A DNA stretch of 64,000 nt from positions 4,384 through 68,383 of the forward strand of contig DAONFJ010000008.1 in the NCBI GenBank assembly GCA_035403545.1. Direction: 5' to 3'. The stretch comes from Spirochaetota bacterium. Its GTDB lineage: Bacteria > Spirochaetota > UBA4802 > UBA5550. Made by a program: the position numbers and the translations under genes. Below the pieces are notes generated by a model. That model was given only the letters and a program-made list of their open reading frames with translations. It was not told the DNA's origin and did not search any database. Numbering within the stretch: position 1 is the stretch's first letter; each line of letters begins with the position of its first letter. Positions 32,661 through 42,031 of the stretch are shown one piece after another.

Positions 32661-32805
32661 TATGCAAATTTTACTATGAGTTCAAAATGGAAGGATTTAC
32701 ACAAATTTCAGCAGAAAAAAAATGAATCAGCGGACAAATTATATAACTTCATACTTTAGACTGGAAACCTGGCACCGGGCCTGATGAAGTTCAACGAGCA
32801 AGGTG

Positions 32806-34401
32806 TCACACTCCAAATTCAAGAATAAATTTTGTTCCTCCTGCGCGCTCAATCCTTATGCTACCGCCGATCTGTTCAGTGAGCATACTTACAAGATTAA
32901 GCCCGAAACCTGTTGATTTTTCAAAACTCACAGAATCAGGAATTCCGATTCCGTTATCCTGTACGACAACTCTTACTTTACTATCTTTCATCACAGCCGA
33001 AATATTTAAGATTCCGCTCTCTCTTCCGGTGAATGCATATTTCATCATGTTTGTAAGAAGTTCGTTCACTATTATTCCAAGTGGAGTGAGCACATTTACA
33101 TTTAATACAAAATCATCAATTTCAGTTACAATCTTTACAATATCCATGTTTGGAAAACTTCCGATAATTTCCGTTGTAAGAGACTGCAGATAATCTTTAA
33201 CGGATAATTCCCTGCAATTCTCTGTGGAATAAAGCCTGTCATAAAGCATAATCATGCTCTGCACCCGGCTTTCAGCATCCCGGAGGGAAGCTGCAACTGA
33301 CGGATTTTCCTCCGCGGACAACTGCAGAGTCAGGAGTCCCTTGATTGTATTCATATTATTTTTGATCCGGTGATGAACTTCCCTAAGGAGAAGTTCTTTT
33401 TCCATAAGAAGATTTTTTACTTTATCTTCGGTCTGCCTGCGTTCGGTAATATCGCGCCCGATACCAAGCACTCCTATTAATGTCCCGTTATCATCAAACA
33501 TTGGTGTTTTAATTGTTTCAAGAAGAACACGGCAGCCGCTATTCGCAAAAGTAATCCATTCTTCATTAATTGTGGGCTTTCCGGCCTCAATAGCCTTAAA
33601 GTCTTTTTCACGAAAAAAATCGCCAAGTTCGCGGCTTAAAAAATCATAATCTGTTTTCCCCACGATATCCGCTTCATCTGCTCCGAAAAAATTCTCGAAC
33701 ATTTTGTTGCAGGACATATAGATACCGTCCTTGTCTTTCAGCCAGATGAGGTCAGGAATACTCTGAAGGAGGGTACGCAATTCCCCCTCGCTGGCCCGCA
33801 ATGCTGCTTCATTATTCTGTAAAGCTTTAATATATCTCCCTCTGGATATATTGTCAGAAATTATTTTCCCGATAAGTACTGTAGCAAGGGGATACACAGT
33901 CATTACCGGTAAAACAATTTCTTTAAAAACAGCAAAAGCTACACCTTCCGGAAGAGATAAAGTCATCAGAATCATAACAATATGGACAAGAATTCCAAAA
34001 TACAGAAGATTAAAAGCGGATACTTCCACGTTGCGGCGTGTATATCTATAATAAAATAGAAGCCCGAGAGCTGAGGAGGATAAAATGACAAGAACCCCCA
34101 TTACAGAACCTATCCCTCCCTGATAAATTCTGCAGATTACCGTCATCACTACAGTAATTGCTACCGATACAGGCCCGAAAAACAGGCCGCATAAACTGAT
34201 CACAACAGAACGCCCGTCGAAAATAAGGCCAGGTCCCATATCCAGCGGGCGCAGCATCCCTATAACAGCAATACTGCCGAATAGAAACCCCTGTAAAACC
34301 GGTCCAATCCAGTTATTTTTCCATCGCTCACCTACAAATCCCGATATAACACTTAGAGCTGCAAGGAGTGCAAGATTATAAATAAGATCAATTATTATCA
34401 T
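32806..34401 (-). CDS. Membrane histidine kinase: 5TM (LytS-YhcK-like)-PAS-HisKA_2
   Basis: N-terminal TMs with GLIFDGRSVV; PAS; EVHHRIKNNM H-box; DNGIG. Confidence 0.9.
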   Translation of the reverse strand: MIIIDLIYNLALLAALSVISGFVGERWKNNWIGPVLQGFLFGSIAVIGMLRPLDMGPGLIFDGRSVVISLCGLFFGPVSVAITVVMTVICRIYQGGIGSVMGVLVILSSSALGLLFYYRYTRRNVEVSAFNLLYFGILVHIVMILMTLSLPEGVAFAVFKEIVLPVMTVYPLATVLIGKIISDNISRGRYIKALQNNEAALRASEGELRTLLQSIPDLIWLKDKDGIYMSCNKMFENFFGADEADIVGKTDYDFLSRELGDFFREKDFKAIEAGKPTINEEWITFANSGCRVLLETIKTPMFDDNGTLIGVLGIGRDITERRQTEDKVKNLLMEKELLLREVHHRIKNNMNTIKGLLTLQLSAEENPSVAASLRDAESRVQSMIMLYDRLYSTENCRELSVKDYLQSLTTEIIGSFPNMDIVKIVTEIDDFVLNVNVLTPLGIIVNELLTNMMKYAFTGRESGILNISAVMKDSKVRVVVQDNGIGIPDSVSFEKSTGFGLNLVSMLTEQIGGSIRIERAGGTKFILEFGV

Positions 34402-34477
34402 AAAATATTCCTTCTACTGAATTCATGCTTTTATTGAAAAATATATCAGCCGCAAGCCCCAAGGACGGGGGAGAAAT

Positions 34478-36772
34478 TCACACATCGAATTCAATAATAA
34501 ACTTCGTTCCGTTCATGCGTTCAATCCGGACACTTCCGCCAATCTGCTGTGTAAGCATGCTGATAAGGCTTAGCCCAAAACCAGTTGAGTGTTCAATATC
34601 AACCGTTTCAGGAATGCCGTTCCCGTCGTCCGCAATACTTATAACAACATGGTTATCATTCATTGATGCGAAAACAGCTATCAATCCCCTGTCCCTTCCG
34701 GTAAAGGCATACTTCATTGCATTGGTTATAATTTCGTTTACTATTATTCCAAGTGGAAATAAAGTTTTTGCATCAACATTGAAATCCTGAATATGTTTCT
34801 CTATTTTCACCTGCTCAATCATAATAAAATTTGCGGATATTTCATCTATAAGCGAGGGGAGATATTCTTTTAACGATAAATCCCTGAAGTCATCAGAACG
34901 GTACAGTTTATCGTAGAGTACAAGCATGCTCTGCACCCGGCTTTGGGCATCTTCAAGCGCAGCAATGGCAGAAGAGTCCTTCATCGTTTCAGCCTGGAGT
35001 GTAAGGAGGCTGTTTATAGTGTACATATTGTTTTTGATACGGTGATGCACCTCTTTAAGAAGAAGTTCTTTCTCTTCGAGAAGGTTTTTTATTTTTTCTT
35101 CATCGCACTTCCGCTCGGTAATGTCATTAAACACAGTCAGCATTGCCGGTTTACCTGAATATGTAAACGGTATTGCCGTAACGCTGACTGTTATACTATT
35201 CCCATCAAGGGTTTTAAAAATTTCCTCGACAGGTTCACCTCTCAGCTGCTTAGAGACTCCATTATTTATTCTCTTTGACACCAGCTCGAGGTAATCGGGA
35301 TGAACAAAATCCATTACATTGAATCCGATCAGCTGACCGGGATATTCAGCATGAATTATTTTATGCGCCGCCTCATTCGCATAAACAATTTTTCCATCCG
35401 AATGTATTACAACACCATCCGGAAGTATGCGGGCCAGGTTTCTATACCTCTCTTCACTCTCACACAAGGCATCTTCAATTTTTCTGCGTTCAGTAACATC
35501 TATACCGACACCCATTAAATACAATTTGCCTTCAGCCTCAAACCTTACTCCGGTCAGAAGAAACGGGATGAGGGCGCCGTCTTTACCCCTGAGGAGCGAT
35601 TCCATCGTTGCATACCCTTTATCCATTACCTGTTTTACAGCGCCGGCAACCGCATCTTTCGCTTCAGGTATATGCCAGTCGAACAGGCTGCGGTCTTTTA
35701 TCTCGGACGGATCGAAACCGAGAATTGTCTCATGATTTTTATTCCATCGTTTTAACTGCAGCCCGGGGTAAGAGTAGAGGTAAAAAATACCGGGGAGGCT
35801 GTCGATCAGGCTGTTCGTAAAAAACTGTTCATCCCTTACAGCCTGTTCCTTACTCTGCAGATCCCGGTTAGCAGCGGTAAGTTCTTCATTCATCGCTTCA
35901 AACTCTTCATTGGCCGCTTCCAGCTCTTCCATGGCTGCAATGAGTTCCCCGTTAAGCGCGCTCAGTTCCTCATTCTTGGTATTTATCTTCCGCTCAAATT
36001 CTTTCCGTTCAGAGATATCTCTGGTAATTGACAGGATATGCGGTTCATTTTTCAGTTTTATAATACGGGCCGACATTAAGGCAGTTTTCGTCGAACCGTC
36101 CTTGCAGCGGAATAAAGATTCAAGATTTTCCACCGACCCGCTTTCTGTAAGTCCTTTTATAAGTTTTACCCTGTCCTCCGGCCTGGACCAGATATCTATC
36201 TCTGATGACAGAACACCTATAACATCATCTCTTGTATAGCCCGTCAGTTTTGTAAAACCATCGTTTATGTCTACATACATCCCGTCCATGCCGTTTATAT
36301 TTACTGCATCAGGGCTTGTCATAAATGCAGCGCGGTATTTCTCTTCACTCTCTTTCATTGCCAGCATGGTGTTTTCAATATTCCTGTTAGCTTCAAATAG
36401 TTCAAATGCCATCTCAATGGAAGAGTTCAGTACAAAATCTCCCGAGCTCTTAATGACATATCCATAACGGGTTATACCTTTTACCTTCTCTACCATTTCC
36501 CTTTCGGAATGTGAAGTTTGAAAAACTATGGGTATATTTCTAACTGTGAGAATCCGGCGGGCAGCCTCTGTTCCATCCATACCTTCCCCAAGATCAATAT
36601 CCATAAGGGCCAGGTTTATTGAGTTGTCAGAAACAGCGAGTTTAACAGCTTTCTCTCCGGAATTTACAGATATTACATCATATCCGAATTTCTTTAATGC
36701 CCTGGCTGTGATAATAGAAATTATAGCCTCATCTTCAACAAGAAGTATAGTTTTAGTAATGTCGTTATTCAT
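34478..36772 (-). CDS. Soluble kinase REC-PAS-coiled coil-PAS-PAS-HisKA_2
   Basis: N-terminal REC, EE-rich heptads, EVHHRIKNNM, DDGNG. Confidence 0.9.
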   Translation of the reverse strand: MNNDITKTILLVEDEAIISIITARALKKFGYDVISVNSGEKAVKLAVSDNSINLALMDIDLGEGMDGTEAARRILTVRNIPIVFQTSHSEREMVEKVKGITRYGYVIKSSGDFVLNSSIEMAFELFEANRNIENTMLAMKESEEKYRAAFMTSPDAVNINGMDGMYVDINDGFTKLTGYTRDDVIGVLSSEIDIWSRPEDRVKLIKGLTESGSVENLESLFRCKDGSTKTALMSARIIKLKNEPHILSITRDISERKEFERKINTKNEELSALNGELIAAMEELEAANEEFEAMNEELTAANRDLQSKEQAVRDEQFFTNSLIDSLPGIFYLYSYPGLQLKRWNKNHETILGFDPSEIKDRSLFDWHIPEAKDAVAGAVKQVMDKGYATMESLLRGKDGALIPFLLTGVRFEAEGKLYLMGVGIDVTERRKIEDALCESEERYRNLARILPDGVVIHSDGKIVYANEAAHKIIHAEYPGQLIGFNVMDFVHPDYLELVSKRINNGVSKQLRGEPVEEIFKTLDGNSITVSVTAIPFTYSGKPAMLTVFNDITERKCDEEKIKNLLEEKELLLKEVHHRIKNNMYTINSLLTLQAETMKDSSAIAALEDAQSRVQSMLVLYDKLYRSDDFRDLSLKEYLPSLIDEISANFIMIEQVKIEKHIQDFNVDAKTLFPLGIIVNEIITNAMKYAFTGRDRGLIAVFASMNDNHVVISIADDGNGIPETVDIEHSTGFGLSLISMLTQQIGGSVRIERMNGTKFIIEFDV

Positions 36773-37051
36773 TAATTGGAATCCATTCAGAAATTGATTT
36801 TATACATGTAAGAATATAATAAATTTTAATTAGATTAGCAAATAAAAACGTTTCGGGGCGGTCCCTGAATTCTTCAAAACACTGTACCCCCAGGCTGCCG
36901 GGCATGGACAGTGTACATAATTTTGCGGAAATAAAATGATTCAGGTAAATCAATGACCGGAAACTTAAAAATTATTGTAGACTCAATTATTGTCAGATAT
37001 ACTTATTGTATTATAACTGAATTTTAAGTATTTTAAATTCAGGCAAAAAAA

Positions 37052-37606
37052 ATGAAACCAGCAGTAAACATACATATAGGGGATTACTACTCCAGCAGAA
37101 CACCTGTTATTATTACGACAATACTCGGACCATGCGCGGCTGTTTGTCTCTTTGACTCAGAAAATAAAATAGGGGGGATGAACCATATACTCCTCCCCGG
37201 AGACAGCCCTGCAGAAATTGATTCAGGCGATTCCAGATACGCAATAAATGCCATGGAACTTCTTATAAACCAGATGATGAAACTGGGTGCAAACAGGTAC
37301 AAACTGACCGCAAAAGTTTTTGGCGGAGCATCAATACTCTCCACAATTTCTTCTGAATTCGGCATGGGGATGAGAAACATTGAATTTGTTGTGGATTTTC
37401 TGTTAACTGAAAAAATCCCGATCACCAATTATAATTTCGGGGGAGTAGACTCCAGAAGAATTTATTACCACACCGACACAAATGTTGTATTATTAAAAAG
37501 AATTAAATCAAGAGAAGTAATTAGAGAATTCGTCAATGCCCGGCAAAAGCGCCATGATGTTGAAAAAAAAATACAAAAAGCTTCCTCTATCGTATTCTTC
37601 GACTGA
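37052..37606 (+). CDS. cheD: Chemoreceptor glutamine deamidase CheD
   Basis: TILGPCAAVCL (catalytic Cys), GGMNHILLP, AKVFGGA, GMRNIEF, RRIYY. Confidence 0.92.
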   Translation: MKPAVNIHIGDYYSSRTPVIITTILGPCAAVCLFDSENKIGGMNHILLPGDSPAEIDSGDSRYAINAMELLINQMMKLGANRYKLTAKVFGGASILSTISSEFGMGMRNIEFVVDFLLTEKIPITNYNFGGVDSRRIYYHTDTNVVLLKRIKSREVIREFVNARQKRHDVEKKIQKASSIVFFD

Positions 37607-37725
37607 TGCTGCTGTTAATTACTAAAAAAGCAGACTTGCCATAGTAATACAGAAAAATCCGCGTTTTCTTAAATTCAGAAATTACCGCAAATGGGCTCTA
37701 TATGTTTAATAACATAAAGAATGCC

Positions 37726-40700
37726 TCACTCCTCCGGTGTAAATATAATATCTACTGCAGTTCCGTTATCTTTTTTAATTTTAAGCACTCCCCCGATCTG
37801 CTCCGCCAGGGCAGAAACCAGATTCAGTCCGAAACCGCCGGACATTGAAGATACAACGTCATCAGATACCCCCACTCCGTCATCTTTGATAGAAATACTT
37901 ACTTCATCATTAACCTTAGTAACAGTAATTACAATTTCCCCTTCTCTCCCCTGAGGAAAGGCATATTTGAAAGCATTGGTAATAAGCTCATTTATAATAA
38001 TTCCGAGAGGGAAAAGTATCTTGGTATCAAGCACAAAATCCGAAATATCCTTCCTGATCTTTACCAGCCCATGATTCTCAAAAATAACGAAAATCTCATC
38101 TATAAATTTTTCAAGATACTCTTTCACGGACATTCTGCGGTAATCTTCCGATCTGTAAAGTTTGTCATACATAATCATCATGCTCTGAACACGGTTCCGT
38201 GCGTCGTTAAGTGCTGTTACCGCAGCATTATTGTTTATTGATGACGCCTGGAGCATAAGAAGCCCGGAAATTGTATTCATGTTATTCTTTATTCTGTGAT
38301 GCACCTCGCTAAGAAGCATCTCCTTCTCCTTAAGAAGGGAATTTATCTTTTCAAAAGACTCTCTGCTCTCAGTAACATCCCGGTTGATTCCCCTTCTCCC
38401 TGCAAAAATTCCATCCTTATCATAAACTGCACGGCACGCATGATTGATCCACTTTACACTTCCGTCTTTCCTTGTTATTCTGAATTCAATTTCATTTGCC
38501 TGTGGAATCTCCTCAACTTCACTCCAGCTAAGACATGGACTTTCCGAATCCTCCTTAAAAACAATTCTGCCGAGCAGGAGCGGATCATTCATAAATTCAG
38601 TATTTGTATAACCTGTAATTCTTTCACATGCGGGTGAACAGTAAATCATTCTGCCATCAGTACCGACCCAGAACTCCCAGTCGTAAGTATAATCAGCCAC
38701 CGTTCTGTACTTTTCGAAACTGGCTTCGAGTTCCTTTCTTATCATTTTTTCTGAGAGAGCAATTGCTATATTGTCAGCAAGGTGCTCAATCAGATTTATA
38801 AGTTCCCCGGTAAACATCCCTGTTCTTTTATCATTCAGCTGTATCAGTCCGAAAGTATTATCACCTGTTCTGAGAGGTATAAGAGCTACGGATTCATAGC
38901 CCATACCGTTACATCTGTTCCTTGTATGCGCACGCCTGTCTTCATCTGTTGTCGTTCTCAGCAGATCTGTAGTGCAGTTTGACCAGAAGCTTCCATGTTC
39001 CGTGAAGAATGGTTTCGAAGGATCAAACCTTGCACTTATAATATTTCCGCACATGCACTCAACAACAGGATTACCTATATCGTCCCTGAGGAGCTGCCCC
39101 TTAATATCATAAGCGCAGAGTGAATTTTCCAGTTTTATAAATTCAGATGGAAAACCTTCAGCTTCAAGATACGGATAATCTTCGCCGTCCTTCATGCGTA
39201 TACCGGCAGCTTCACATCCGGACCATTTTTTCAGAAAAGTTATAACCATCTTCATAAGATCATGCAGATCACCGCTTGAATTAATTATACGCAGAAGATC
39301 CATTATTGCATTCTTCTCATGAGCAGCAGTTTCGCGCTCAGTTATATCCCTGCTGATTCCAAGCAGAGATGTAATTTTACCGTTTTTATATATAGGAGTT
39401 TTTAAAGTATCAAAATAACGGATCTCCCCTCTTATACAGGCTGTTTCATTTTCAACAACAACCTTTTCGCCTGAAAGCGCCCGAAAATCATCCGATTCAA
39501 AACCTCGGATTCCTTTTTTAATATTTCCCTTAACAAACTCTTCACCCCAGCCGCATTCAATATCGGTCTTCCCTATAAGGTTTTCCGGCCTGCTGTTTAA
39601 TCCCGATGCATAAACTTCGTTGCACATGACAAGTCTGAGACCGGTATCTTTAACGTAAATATAATCCGGAGATGAATTGATTATATTAAGCAGCATCTTC
39701 CGGCTCTCCTTCAGAGATGTCTCAGCTATTTTACGTTCGGTAATATCCGAGATAATGCTGTCATACTCGATGAGATTGTTATCATTGTCATAATGCGGCA
39801 CTGGCGTATTTCTCACCCATGAAACAGACCCGTCGCGGCATATAATCCTGTGTTCAACAGGATTAAAAATTGCCTTATTGATAATATCCGACGCGAACAG
39901 AATTACACGCCCTCTGTCATCTGGATATATTACCTTATACCATAGTTCGGGGTCAGATGTAAAATCTTCCGGAGTGTATCCGGTAATTGCCTCGCATCCC
40001 GGTCCATGGACAGTCTTCACCGGATTTTTTTTGTCTATATAAACTGTGTACACATAACCCACTACTGAATCAAAGAGGCGATTATATCTCTCATCCCTCT
40101 CCTTTAGAAGCTCTTCCGCTTTTTTACGGTCTGTAATATCCTCTAATATCGTCGCGAAAAAACCCTTCATAGTAGAATACGCTGTGACCTTAAACCACTT
40201 GTTCAGTCCGCGCGAATAGTTTTCAACAGAAATCTGCACGCCTGTAAACGCCACCCGGCCGTATTCCGGGATCCGGTAAGGTTCAATATCCGGCATAATC
40301 TCGGAAACTTTCCGCCCTGTTATAGCAGCAGCCTTTAAACCGGTATACTGTTCAAAAGCAGGATTAACCTCAAGAAAAATGTAATCAACGGGATTTCCCC
40401 GTTCATCAGCAACAATCTCATGCAGAGCGAATCCGTTTTTCATTCCTTCAAACAGCTCTTTGTATTTCTTATCTTTTTTTAACAGCTGTTTCTCGGTGAT
40501 TTTTTTTCCGGTAATATCCCTTGCTCCAAGAACTGATCCTGTACGGATTCCGGCCTCATCATAAATATTCCGTCCGGTAGCTTCGAACCACCGGTACGAA
40601 CCATCCTTTTTCCTTTGCCTGAATTCGACGTAACCTTCACCGGCAGAACAAATGCGCAGGATACCTTTAATATCTTCGTCCCTGGTTGACGGATGGGCAA

Positions 40701-41901
40701 GTTCCGGGGCCCATGTCCCGACGAGTTCCTCCGGCCTGTACCCCAGGACTCTTTCATATGAGGGCGATACATATTTGAAAAAACCTTCAGAATCAATACG
40801 CGCCACAAGATCGACCATGTAATCCGTAACATCACTAAGCCTCTCCTCGCTCTCCCTGTGAAGAGAGGAATAACGGTCGCGTTCCGACAATGTCCTGGCG
40901 AGTTTAATATTGCTGTAGCTCAGTCTGGAAATGATATTTGCAAGTTTTATATTGAAGGTCATTGCTGTGAAGATCGTATCCCGGCCACACCTTGGGACAC
41001 GGTTCAGGGCGTCGATATACTCCTCCTCATCAAAACCGTACCTGTGCGCCTGCGAACGGAACAAATCGTAATCTATAACATCGTCATCAAAAAAAAACTG
41101 CCCCACAAAAAGGTTACCAACATGTTTTCCGCCTACTTCAATCGGTGTTGCCATATCCCGCATGTTATTTTTGCATTTATACAGCTTATAAGTTCCGTCT
41201 GCTGTCCCGTTTGAAAGGACAGTATCGCTCTCTACGCAATTACGGCATGTGTCCGGATTTATCCGGTGAAATTTTGTACATATATCCTGCCAGCCGGATG
41301 TGACAAGAACTTTACCGTTAATGTCAACTATCGAAATAGTGATGGCAGTCAGAGAATAAAAATCATCCATGATAGACTGAAGCATCCGTATATCCACTAT
41401 ATCCGCGAGTTCAAGCAATCCTGTATCCCCGTCGGGGGAAAGAATGCTGTCAAGTTTGGATTTTACCATCTCCTCGCTCTTTCGAAGAACATCCGCCGAT
41501 TTTTTTAATTTTTCATGAGACGCGAAAAGTTCAAACGCCATCTCTATTGAAGAGAGCAGGACAAAATCACCTGAATTTTTTATGACATACCCGTAGCGGG
41601 TAATCTCTCTTACCATTTCCACAATTTTCTGTTCCGAGTGAGAGGTAAGAAAAACAATAGGAAGGTTCTTCTCCTGAAGAATCTGGCGTGCCGTTTCAGG
41701 GCCGTTTATACCGGGGCCTAAATCTATATCCATGAGAATAAGATCAATCGAAGTATCAGCCATAGCAGCTTCAACAGCATTTCTGCCGTTGTTCACCGTT
41801 ATAACATCATATCCGCTTCTTCTCAGCATTCTGGCTGTTACCAAGGCGATAACAGCCTCATCCTCCACAAGAAGAAGTTTTTTACTCCTTTCGATTTCCA
41901 T
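37726..41901 (-). CDS. Soluble kinase REC-PocR-multi-PAS-GAF-PAS-HisKA_2
   Basis: PocR-like GWQDICTKFHR...CKNNMRDMATPI; several PAS/PAC units; EVHHRIKNNM. Confidence 0.9.
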   Translation of the reverse strand: MEIERSKKLLLVEDEAVIALVTARMLRRSGYDVITVNNGRNAVEAAMADTSIDLILMDIDLGPGINGPETARQILQEKNLPIVFLTSHSEQKIVEMVREITRYGYVIKNSGDFVLLSSIEMAFELFASHEKLKKSADVLRKSEEMVKSKLDSILSPDGDTGLLELADIVDIRMLQSIMDDFYSLTAITISIVDINGKVLVTSGWQDICTKFHRINPDTCRNCVESDTVLSNGTADGTYKLYKCKNNMRDMATPIEVGGKHVGNLFVGQFFFDDDVIDYDLFRSQAHRYGFDEEEYIDALNRVPRCGRDTIFTAMTFNIKLANIISRLSYSNIKLARTLSERDRYSSLHRESEERLSDVTDYMVDLVARIDSEGFFKYVSPSYERVLGYRPEELVGTWAPELAHPSTRDEDIKGILRICSAGEGYVEFRQRKKDGSYRWFEATGRNIYDEAGIRTGSVLGARDITGKKITEKQLLKKDKKYKELFEGMKNGFALHEIVADERGNPVDYIFLEVNPAFEQYTGLKAAAITGRKVSEIMPDIEPYRIPEYGRVAFTGVQISVENYSRGLNKWFKVTAYSTMKGFFATILEDITDRKKAEELLKERDERYNRLFDSVVGYVYTVYIDKKNPVKTVHGPGCEAITGYTPEDFTSDPELWYKVIYPDDRGRVILFASDIINKAIFNPVEHRIICRDGSVSWVRNTPVPHYDNDNNLIEYDSIISDITERKIAETSLKESRKMLLNIINSSPDYIYVKDTGLRLVMCNEVYASGLNSRPENLIGKTDIECGWGEEFVKGNIKKGIRGFESDDFRALSGEKVVVENETACIRGEIRYFDTLKTPIYKNGKITSLLGISRDITERETAAHEKNAIMDLLRIINSSGDLHDLMKMVITFLKKWSGCEAAGIRMKDGEDYPYLEAEGFPSEFIKLENSLCAYDIKGQLLRDDIGNPVVECMCGNIISARFDPSKPFFTEHGSFWSNCTTDLLRTTTDEDRRAHTRNRCNGMGYESVALIPLRTGDNTFGLIQLNDKRTGMFTGELINLIEHLADNIAIALSEKMIRKELEASFEKYRTVADYTYDWEFWVGTDGRMIYCSPACERITGYTNTEFMNDPLLLGRIVFKEDSESPCLSWSEVEEIPQANEIEFRITRKDGSVKWINHACRAVYDKDGIFAGRRGINRDVTESRESFEKINSLLKEKEMLLSEVHHRIKNNMNTISGLLMLQASSINNNAAVTALNDARNRVQSMMIMYDKLYRSEDYRRMSVKEYLEKFIDEIFVIFENHGLVKIRKDISDFVLDTKILFPLGIIINELITNAFKYAFPQGREGEIVITVTKVNDEVSISIKDDGVGVSDDVVSSMSGGFGLNLVSALAEQIGGVLKIKKDNGTAVDIIFTPEE

Positions 41902-41998
41902 CTCTCGTTACTCCGGGAATAAATCTGGAAGTATGCGCTAAAGAATTAATCTAAGCAAAAATCGGTATTTAGTCAAACTTTAAATTAAAAACATATCA

Positions 41999-42030
41999 CC
42001 GCAGTGACAAGCAGCGGCCCGTCACTGCGG
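41999..42030 (-). terminator. Hairpin directly after the stop of the 1377-aa kinase
   Basis: CCGCAGTGAC...GTCACTGCGG, 10-bp stem; T-rich tract downstream on the minus strand. Confidence 0.5.
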
Positions 42031-42031
42031 G

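Noticed and set aside
32770-32784. sigma54-like TGGCACCGGGCCTGA
   Set aside because: It has GA instead of the invariant -12 GC and points away from the che operon.
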